DNA of 64,000 nucleotides, taken from the IMG/VR virus record IMGVR_UViG_3300008116_000011, positions 64,001 to 128,000 of that record, one strand, 5' to 3'. Below are positions 57,024 through 64,000 of the stretch, piece by piece. The notes under the pieces were generated by a model. The model saw only the letters and a program-made list of their open reading frames with translations. It did not search any database and had not been told where the DNA came from. Origin of the DNA: a virus. A program made the position numbers and the translations under genes. Numbering within the stretch: the first letter of the stretch is position 1; every line of letters begins with the position of its first letter.

Positions 57024-57323
57024 TTATTGTTGATTTTCAGCATTAAATAATTCTATAACATTATTTAGATTGATTGGTATTCTTAATTGAGTACCAGGTT
57101 CAGGAAACATAGATCCAAATGTAATATTACTATTAGCAACAGATATTACCCACCATAATGTTGGATCTTTATAATATTGATATGATAACAAATCTAATCT
57201 GTCACCTTGAACAGTAACTACATATACGTCACTTTCTTGTGGTGGAATAGGTGGATATTTTTTAGCCTTATAATATTTTACACCTCTAGAAGTTGTTAAT
57301 ATATCAGTTGCATTGTATATCAT
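57024..57323 (-). CDS. LysM-like baseplate wedge protein (gp53/gpX-like)
   Basis: GDRLDLLSYQYY.DP.LWWVI..AN, G.QLRIP. Confidence 0.8.
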   Translation of the reverse strand: MIYNATDILTTSRGVKYYKAKKYPPIPPQESDVYVVTVQGDRLDLLSYQYYKDPTLWWVISVANSNITFGSMFPEPGTQLRIPINLNNVIELFNAENQQ

Positions 57324-57326
57324 AAG

Positions 57327-59303
57327 TTATGGTACTATTTTTCCTTCAGGAATTTCTTTATTTCCATTTGCCGTAAATATATCAGTAAGCCATTTATTTT
57401 CCTTCTCTACTCTATCAACAGTAAATGCGGGGAGATTAGCCCAATCCCCTGGAATATTGCTAAATTTATTTGGAAATTTGCGAGGTAAGAAATCATGCAC
57501 AGGAGTAAATGTCATTTGCACAGTCATTACATGAGGTAATTCATACATATTAACACCAGCACCTCCTTCAGGATCATCTATTGCTATTTCCCAAGGTGAC
57601 TTATCATCTATAGTATAAGTTAAATTTTTAATAATTCCTGGTTGGCGATACATGTAATTACCCATAGTGAGTTTCATATATGGTCCTCTCATATTTATGC
57701 CATCATAATCGGGCATTGTGTTTGAGTATAAATAATTTAACTTTTGCCACATCGGTTTCATTTCAGCTTCAGACATTGCTGCTACTTGAAATGTAAATGA
57801 AACATTTCTTTCAAATCCTTTATAGATATAAAAGGGTTCTCCTCTACCTACATAATTCACAGTATTCCAAGTTGGATTAGGATTATCAGATATACTTGTT
57901 AAATAAGATCTAAATATCATCCATGTACTAAGTCCTGGATTAGTTCCATCAACAGCCTCTATTCTAAATTTAATAAGGTCTCTTACGGTAAAGCTCTTTC
58001 CATTTACATTTATTTTGGTATTTGGAGGAGCACCACTTATATATAAAGGGGTAAGGTTAATTTGATCTTGTCTAGGATATTCTGAGTCTGTAGGATTATA
58101 TCCTAATCGTCTTTCAATATTGAATTGTTCTAATGGTAAACCCTTATCAGCATATGACCCTGTTGTAGGTTTATATTTTGAAAATCCTTTAAATGTAAAT
58201 GTTATAGGCCTATCTAAATAGCCTTGGCGGCTTATAGTGCCAGGACCTACTATATCATTATTTGCTTTAACTATATTAGCTGTTCCTATAGCAAAACTTC
58301 CGGTTTGTTGGTTAATTGCATTTATTAAATTATTATAAAGTTTACCTGCCTCTGGGTAATTTATAGCATTTTGATCAATCTGGGAGGGTTTATGTGTGAG
58401 AGAACCAGTAGTTATATTATTATACTCTAAAATTTGATCTCGATTCCAATCAAAATACTCTTCAGAAACACCTTGTGCTAAAAAATAATCAATATCAGGA
58501 ATAGGACGTCTAAATTTAGAAGCCATATTAGAAAGTGATACAACACGAGCTGTACCTGTGTCTACAAGATTAGCAGTAAACCCAGGAAGGGAAGCATCAA
58601 TAGGTAAAACTCTACGTCCACCACCATATTGATTATATTGTTGATTTCCTAATGTATTATAATATCTTGGTATAGTAGTTCGTCCTATACCATCAATAGA
58701 TCCAGGACCGCTAACATATTGATTAATATTAACAGTAGTATTATTACCTGCTGCTACTAATTTATCTTTTAATAATACTAATCTATTATTAGCTCCATTA
58801 GAACCACGAGCATCATTAGCAACTACTACATTTTTATATAATTGACCTTCATTTAATACCGGTAATAAACCATGTCTAGTAATGTGACCACCAAACGCTG
58901 TAATTGGTACTTGAGCTAATGTATTGATACCTAAATTATAGATACGAGTAGGACCTATTTTACCTAATAGTTGTCCTAAAGCATCTGTTCTAGTTTCAAG
59001 TTGAGGATTTGATAATTGTAATCCTACTTGTTTTGCTATAAATAAAGGTCCACGAGGTGGATCAACAAGAAATTTTCCAATACGGAGAGTATCACGAGCA
59101 GAAGCTAGTGTAGCACCAGCAAAACCACCTCTGATTAAACCATTATCTGAGTTCCATATAGTTGTAGATGGAACTTGTTGTTGGTATGGTGGTGGTATTT
59201 TTGTAGTAATATATGGCTCACCACTACTACCTCCTCCTGGTTGATCATTTCCGTATTTAAGACCTCTTAATGCAGTTAATCCAGCTTGTGTAATTATTGG
59301 CAT
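57327..59303 (-). CDS. baseplate / tail-tube initiator protein (gp48/gp54-like C-terminal domain)
   Basis: W....YVGRGEP.Y.Y.GF.R...F.F, LT.G, PG.I..L. Confidence 0.6.
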   Translation of the reverse strand: MPIITQAGLTALRGLKYGNDQPGGGSSGEPYITTKIPPPYQQQVPSTTIWNSDNGLIRGGFAGATLASARDTLRIGKFLVDPPRGPLFIAKQVGLQLSNPQLETRTDALGQLLGKIGPTRIYNLGINTLAQVPITAFGGHITRHGLLPVLNEGQLYKNVVVANDARGSNGANNRLVLLKDKLVAAGNNTTVNINQYVSGPGSIDGIGRTTIPRYYNTLGNQQYNQYGGGRRVLPIDASLPGFTANLVDTGTARVVSLSNMASKFRRPIPDIDYFLAQGVSEEYFDWNRDQILEYNNITTGSLTHKPSQIDQNAINYPEAGKLYNNLINAINQQTGSFAIGTANIVKANNDIVGPGTISRQGYLDRPITFTFKGFSKYKPTTGSYADKGLPLEQFNIERRLGYNPTDSEYPRQDQINLTPLYISGAPPNTKINVNGKSFTVRDLIKFRIEAVDGTNPGLSTWMIFRSYLTSISDNPNPTWNTVNYVGRGEPFYIYKGFERNVSFTFQVAAMSEAEMKPMWQKLNYLYSNTMPDYDGINMRGPYMKLTMGNYMYRQPGIIKNLTYTIDDKSPWEIAIDDPEGGAGVNMYELPHVMTVQMTFTPVHDFLPRKFPNKFSNIPGDWANLPAFTVDRVEKENKWLTDIFTANGNKEIPEGKIVP

Positions 59304-59578
59304 TATCTAGGTAGATTGTCTGTGTATTTTTTTCCAGCTTGGTTTCTATAAGTACTTGTATTCAAAGCATCTTCAGAATCGAGTGCTGTTGGGGCAGGCT
59401 TTGGTGGAACAAACCCAGCACCAACACCATTAATGTTAGGATTTCCGTCAAGAGAGTAAGTATCATGACGTGATCCTGGAGGATTTGGGTTAACCTTAGA
59501 CATCCTATTAGATGGTACAGGACCACCTCCCCAGCCTAATTTGCTTACGCCGCCAAATAATAAATTAAGTAATCCCAT
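59303..59578 (-). CDS. Pro/Gly-rich hypothetical structural-module protein
   Basis: TATTTATA upstream; coupled to the next gene. Confidence 0.55.
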   Translation of the reverse strand: MGLLNLLFGGVSKLGWGGGPVPSNRMSKVNPNPPGSRHDTYSLDGNPNINGVGAGFVPPKPAPTALDSEDALNTSTYRNQAGKKYTDNLPR

Positions 59579-59613
59579 ATTTGTTGTATTTTATATTTGA
59601 TATAAATATTAAA

Positions 59614-61944
59614 TTATGGTAAATTGGTACCAAACATCATTTGAGCTGTGCCTACTTGTTGAATATCAACACCAGCTACAAGTTTCTTATTGACAAATTT
59701 ACCAGTATTTTCTCTAGTAGCACGCAGTTCATTACGCATATCTGTAAATAGTTTTATCATTTCTGAATTGTCTTGGGCAGCGGCCGTTTGTCTATTAGAA
59801 TTACTAATAATATCTTGTAGATCACTTAATGGAGCAATAACTTCAGGATTGTTTGCAGCACCAGAATATTCACCAACAATAGCGTTTGTTTTCCCATATA
59901 CTAAACCACCATTTGCAAATTCAGTAGCATCTTCAGCATTATTCATAGCAGAAGCAATTACACCTACAGCAGTTGCTAAAGCAGCTACTCCTAAAATTAA
60001 GTTTACTGGGTTTAAAAAAGCACTAGTGGCTGCTCCTGCTATTGCTGCTACTCTTAATTGGGCACTCATTAGAGCAATACTACTAACAGTTCTAGCTAGT
60101 GAAAGACCAGCTATTGCTGTTAATACTCCATATAAAACCCCAGTATTACTAGCTATAGAAGCTATAATATCAGCCATTGTTCCTAAAGGACCACCAACAA
60201 GTCTAGCAACAATATCTTGCATTTTTTCCATTGCAAGATTAAATCTATCTTGTGCATTTATTGCTTCTAATCTTTTAGCTACCTCATCACCAGCCAATGC
60301 CCTAACTTCTTCTGTTGATTTATTTAAGTATTGTTGTTTTAATAATTGATCAGATAGTGTATCTGATGTTGTTCCTAAAGCAGCTGCTATTTTATCTTGA
60401 GCAATAACATTCATGTTAGAAAACTTATTAAAATCAATATTTTGATTATTAAGTTCTTTCATTACTGTTGTCATATCACCCATTAAAGCTGCTGTTCTAG
60501 CTCTTTCTAGGTTTAATTGTTGACCAGTTAATAACTCAGCTTGTAATTCATTTTCAATTGATGTTTCAAAATCAAGTAAAGCAGATGCTTGTTTTCTTGT
60601 ATTATCAAGAGTAGTACCTAATAATTTAGCTTGTGCTACCGCTTGTGTTAAGGCAGGAACACTACCTTTAAACATTGCTAAGGTTTGCCCAGATATTTTA
60701 CCTACTTCTTCAAGTACTTCTTTTTGATTTAACTGAATACCATATTGTGAAGATAAATTTTGTGTTGTTTCAAAAGCAATGTTTTTAGATTCTTTTAATG
60801 TTTTACCAGATGCAATAGAAAGTTTTGCTAAACCACCAGCTGCTTCTTCACTTAATCCAATTTGTTTAGTTAATAGAACAAATTGAGAATTTAAGTCATC
60901 TGTAAATTTAGAAGAAAATCCTAATTGTTCACCTAATTTAGCATTAGCTTCTACTAAACGATTAGTATTAAGAGCAACATTTCCTGATTCAACAGCCATT
61001 CTATTGAATTCCTGTCTTACAGTATATGCTTCTTCTCTACTTAATACTAAATTCTTTTGTAATCTAGTTACTTGATCTGAAACTTCTAATGCTACTTTTT
61101 TTAGGTAAGTAAAAATAGTAGTTAAAGATAATGTATTGTGGATATTATCTTTTATTCTTTTTCCTATACCCTCAATTTCATCTTTAAACTTTTTAGCACT
61201 ACTATTTTGTTCTTTTAAAGCTCCAGATAAAGCTTCATTTTTTAAAATTTGTTCCTCTATTAGTTTTAATAATTCTCTATAAAAATCAACTATTTTATCT
61301 GTTTCTTCTTTTTCTTTCTTTTTTTGAATTAAATTCTTTTCATTTAAAGATTGAGTTTTTTCTATAGTATTTATAGAAATATTATTATCTTTTATTCTTT
61401 CTCTAAGTGATTCTTGTTGTGCTTTAGCAAAATCTTTTTGTGTTGTGTTATTAGCATTGTTATAAGCTTCAGTTGCTCTTTCTAACTGTTGTGTTAAATC
61501 AAGTTGATCTTCTAATCGCTCAGTATAACGTGCTCTTATAGCTATTCCTTCGTCTTCTAATTTTTTTACATCCTCTTGTAATTTACTTTGAAGAGATTTA
61601 GCTTGGTTTATTTTGCTATTTTCGTTTTGTTCTTCTTTAGCATATTCGTTTTTTAAACGAGCAAGTGTCTCTAATTGTTTATCAATGTCTATTTGCTTTA
61701 ATTTTCCTGCATATAGCTTATCTGATAGTTTAAGAGTATTAGTAAGTGCTCTGCCTATTTCTTTAGTGCCATCTATTAATTTTCTATCTTCTACATTAAC
61801 TCCTCCTAATCTTTTAGCAAAAGTTTGAATATTATCAGAAAGTACCCTAGATAAACTAATGGATTCTCTAAGAGAATCATTGTACTCAGCTAATCGTTCT
61901 TGAGCACTTCTTATATCTTTTTCATTAGGTGTATTATCAGCCAT
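59614..61944 (-). CDS. tape measure protein
   Basis: Long helical/coiled-coil protein with an Ala-rich hydrophobic region, FANGGLV..GE...PEVI.PL; follows the tail chaperone. Confidence 0.8.
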   Translation of the reverse strand: MADNTPNEKDIRSAQERLAEYNDSLRESISLSRVLSDNIQTFAKRLGGVNVEDRKLIDGTKEIGRALTNTLKLSDKLYAGKLKQIDIDKQLETLARLKNEYAKEEQNENSKINQAKSLQSKLQEDVKKLEDEGIAIRARYTERLEDQLDLTQQLERATEAYNNANNTTQKDFAKAQQESLRERIKDNNISINTIEKTQSLNEKNLIQKKKEKEETDKIVDFYRELLKLIEEQILKNEALSGALKEQNSSAKKFKDEIEGIGKRIKDNIHNTLSLTTIFTYLKKVALEVSDQVTRLQKNLVLSREEAYTVRQEFNRMAVESGNVALNTNRLVEANAKLGEQLGFSSKFTDDLNSQFVLLTKQIGLSEEAAGGLAKLSIASGKTLKESKNIAFETTQNLSSQYGIQLNQKEVLEEVGKISGQTLAMFKGSVPALTQAVAQAKLLGTTLDNTRKQASALLDFETSIENELQAELLTGQQLNLERARTAALMGDMTTVMKELNNQNIDFNKFSNMNVIAQDKIAAALGTTSDTLSDQLLKQQYLNKSTEEVRALAGDEVAKRLEAINAQDRFNLAMEKMQDIVARLVGGPLGTMADIIASIASNTGVLYGVLTAIAGLSLARTVSSIALMSAQLRVAAIAGAATSAFLNPVNLILGVAALATAVGVIASAMNNAEDATEFANGGLVYGKTNAIVGEYSGAANNPEVIAPLSDLQDIISNSNRQTAAAQDNSEMIKLFTDMRNELRATRENTGKFVNKKLVAGVDIQQVGTAQMMFGTNLP

Positions 61945-61969
61945 AGTAAAATATTACCAATATAAATAT

Positions 61970-61997
61970 AAAAGCGCCTTATTTTTTAGGCGCTTTT
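61970..61997 (-). terminator. terminator hairpin directly followed by TATTTATA
   Basis: AAAAGCGCCT/AGGCGCTTTT stem; the motif at 61961-61968 precedes the tape measure gene. Confidence 0.65.
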
Positions 61998-62239
61998 GCT
62001 GTGTATGTTGGTTTTATATTAGGTTTTGCTGTTTGAGCTGTTTTGGATTTTAGTGATTTTTGTTGTTTTTCTTGGTCTTTTGCTTGTTTTTCATAATGTT
62101 CTCGTAATTGTCTATAAATAAAATCACGATATCTTATAGGTAAGCTATAAACAGTATCCCAATCGTAACCACCATTTCCGAAAAATACAATTTCATGTAT
62201 TCTAGAGAATAGGTATTCCCTATATTTAGGATTCAGGCC
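61979..62239 (-). CDS. start-less ORF: frameshift extension of the tail chaperone (gpT/gp51-like)
   Basis: 86 codons, GLNPKYREYLFSRIHEIVFFGNGGYDWDTVYSLPIRYRDF...; no in-frame ATG/GTG/TTG; begins right after a T7 run. Confidence 0.75.
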   Translation of the reverse strand, partial: GLNPKYREYLFSRIHEIVFFGNGGYDWDTVYSLPIRYRDFIYRQLREHYEKQAKDQEKQQKSLKSKTAQTAKPNIKPTYTAKAPKK

Positions 62240-62981
62240 AAAAAAAGTTAATATTAATAGGAATAATTACGCCCTCCTGTACGTAACCATCCTTATTAAT
62301 CGTAATTTCAGTATTAATATCTGGAGATAGTTGACTGTAGTATTTTTTAAATGCTCTAGAATCGGGAACAAGTAAGTAGTTGTCTACAAAATCACGTATA
62401 GATGCTTGATCGGCTTTACCATTAATAGAAGTAATCATGTGCTTCAAACGAGTAGTATTTTCAAAAGCACCATTAGGATCAATTTTTTCTAAACCTTTAA
62501 TTTCAGCATCAATTGCTTTTTCATCTTTACCTGTTAGTAATTTGAATGTAACAACATTTTCTGATTGAGGTAAGGTAAATTTAAATTCATTTTTGCCTTT
62601 TTCAAATAATGATTCGTTAATTTCTTTTTCTTTTAATGTAGTTAAATCAACAGTATAATCTTCATCTTTACCAGTTGATTCATTTCTAAATCTAAAAGAA
62701 TATTCCTTACCATATCCTAAAATACGAGCAGCAAATAAAATTGCATTTTTATCACCTACAATCAATTCATCAATGTCAATTGGTGTAACAATTAATGATT
62801 TTAGCAATTTATCAATTGCCGTACCTTGTTTGATAAAGTTAATATTAGTTAATATGTCTTCATCTTTAGCAGACATATAACGCATTTCAATTTCGCCTTT
62901 AGATAATAGTGATGTTTCAGGATATACAAGACCTTTTGAAGGTAATGAAACCGTTTCTGTTGGAATTTTTAATTCAGCCAT
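62226..62981 (-). CDS. tail/baseplate hub assembly chaperone (gp26-like, gpG analogue)
   Basis: LPSKG..YP, M.AKDEDIL, GDKNAIL..AR..GYG, C-terminal FFWP; between tail tube and tape measure. Confidence 0.75.
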   Translation of the reverse strand: MAELKIPTETVSLPSKGLVYPETSLLSKGEIEMRYMSAKDEDILTNINFIKQGTAIDKLLKSLIVTPIDIDELIVGDKNAILFAARILGYGKEYSFRFRNESTGKDEDYTVDLTTLKEKEINESLFEKGKNEFKFTLPQSENVVTFKLLTGKDEKAIDAEIKGLEKIDPNGAFENTTRLKHMITSINGKADQASIRDFVDNYLLVPDSRAFKKYYSQLSPDINTEITINKDGYVQEGVIIPININFFWPES

Positions 62982-63030
62982 AAACTAATTTGTTTTATAT
63001 ATATAAATATAAACACTTTAAATTTTTAGC

Positions 63031-63058
63031 AAAAAGAAACCCGGTATTTCTACCGGGT
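63031..63058 (-). terminator. intrinsic terminator
   Basis: ACCCGGTA-GAAA-TACCGGGT followed by TTCTTTTT. Confidence 0.8.
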
Positions 63059-63095
63059 CCTTCCTCCAACGAGTGATTACACCATTATCACCCAA

Positions 63096-63356
63096 TTATT
63101 TATTAGAAGCAGATACTTCTTCTTTCAAGGCTTTAAAAGCTTCAGCTAATTTTTTATACTTAGATTTAGCTGCTTTTTCACCAGCAGCGTATCCAGCACC
63201 GTATACTTCCTCTTCACCTTTATCTTTAGCTACTTTACCTTTTACACCTTTATCAACGCGTTTAAATTCGTCGTCGCCTTTGCTTTTCTTTTTTCTTTCT
63301 TCTAGTACTTCAGAAATGCATTCTTGCACTAATGATTGTAGATCTTGTTTTTTCAT
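63096..63356 (-). CDS. small charged protein, possible internal head protein
   Basis: N-terminus MKKQDLQSLVQECISEVLEE. Confidence 0.5.
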   Translation of the reverse strand: MKKQDLQSLVQECISEVLEERKKKSKGDDEFKRVDKGVKGKVAKDKGEEEVYGAGYAAGEKAAKSKYKKLAEAFKALKEEVSASNK

Positions 63357-63362
63357 TGATAA

Positions 63363-63854
63363 TTAGTAGTTTAAGATGCAATAATCCATTCCAACACTCA
63401 TAGTAAGGTTGATAGCTTCAGTATAAGTAGACCAATCATAATCGTCAAAGTTTGCAGTCTTAATGAAAGCACCTTTAACAATCCATTCTGATACTACGTC
63501 ACCTACTGGGCCTAAGCCATTGAATGTTAAATCTTTCTTATAGAAGTCAGAATAACCAGCGCGGCCAGTTACTGATTCGTATGCTAAACGAGCCCATTCC
63601 ATTACAGCTTGAGCACCGCTTGGAGCGATTGGATCAAATAAGGTGAAAGTCATATCACCCCAAAGTCTTTTACCGCTACGAATTTTTCTATAAGTGTTAA
63701 TATGATCTAATATAATCTCACCATCATCGAATGTTACGGCACTTACTCCTTTAACAATATATGATGGGATACCGTCTATATACATTATGAACCTATTAGG
63801 AACTTTAGGTTCATATTGTGTAAACATAATTTCGTTTGCGTCTAATACAGGCAT
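63363..63854 (-). CDS. tail tube protein (gp19-like)
   Basis: EPK..NRF, G...W......L.DPI, ME W, YKKD, W...GAF, final DY. Confidence 0.88.
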   Translation of the reverse strand: MPVLDANEIMFTQYEPKVPNRFIMYIDGIPSYIVKGVSAVTFDDGEIILDHINTYRKIRSGKRLWGDMTFTLFDPIAPSGAQAVMEWARLAYESVTGRAGYSDFYKKDLTFNGLGPVGDVVSEWIVKGAFIKTANFDDYDWSTYTEAINLTMSVGMDYCILNY

Positions 63855-63881
63855 GTTATGTTGTGTTTAATATTTGTTTAT

Positions 63882-63889
63882 TATAAATA
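63882..63889 (-). promoter_or_regulatory. putative late promoter TATTTATA
   Basis: Recurs just upstream of structural and lysis genes (also 63002, 61961, 59601, 50845, 44188, 32173). Confidence 0.6.
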
Positions 63890-63893
63890 TTTT

Positions 63894-64000
63894 TTAAGCT
63901 GGGAATTCAACACCTGTTGGTAAGATTGTGAAATCTAAGATGACAAATTCTGCAGTTTTAGTTGGCTGGATATAAATCTGGCCAATTAATTGGTTACGAT
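63894..64000 (-). CDS. tail sheath protein, C-terminus (partial)
   Basis: RNQLIGQIYIQPTKTAEFVILDFTILPTGVEFPA*, a gp18-type C-terminus. Confidence 0.88.
   Translation of the reverse strand, partial: RNQLIGQIYIQPTKTAEFVILDFTILPTGVEFPA

Overview
64 kb of an AT-rich, large T4-like (myovirus-type) phage genome. Essentially every real gene is on the minus strand. The host is most likely a Bacteroidota: nine upstream regions match the phylum's TTTG-N19/20-TAnnTTT(G/A) promoter architecture, and starts lack obvious Shine-Dalgarno motifs. In transcription order (right to left): tail sheath end, tail tube, tail-assembly chaperone, tape measure and baseplate genes; a small PolA-like protein, SSB, RecA/UvsX, 5'-3' exonuclease, helicase and class II ribonucleotide reductase; a dispersed 7-deazaguanine DNA-modification set (queD, dpdA/TGT-like, queC, queE, folE, PRTase) interleaved with an ncRNA/tRNA island, sugar-modification genes and a lysis cassette; a glycosyl-/carbamoyl-/methyltransferase block leading into PolB; sliding clamp, GroES/GroEL, clamp loader and a Cas4-like nuclease; and an NDP-deoxysugar/glycosyltransferase cluster. 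Strongest non-obvious signals: (1) a start-less 86-codon ORF joined to the tail chaperone through a U7 slippery site (+1 or -2 frameshift) just before the tape measure gene; (2) a structured ncRNA island with a canonical tRNA-Arg(CCG) and an aberrant CCA-ending tRNA-like RNA; (3) deazaguanine genes co-occurring with a polymerase-linked glyco/carbamoyl block and an atypical PolB active site; (4) a late-type promoter that is the reverse complement of T4's, one near-copy sitting inside a hairpin ahead of the lysis cassette; (5) an annexin-like repeat on the baseplate hub. All function calls come from motif recognition by eye; no searches were run.
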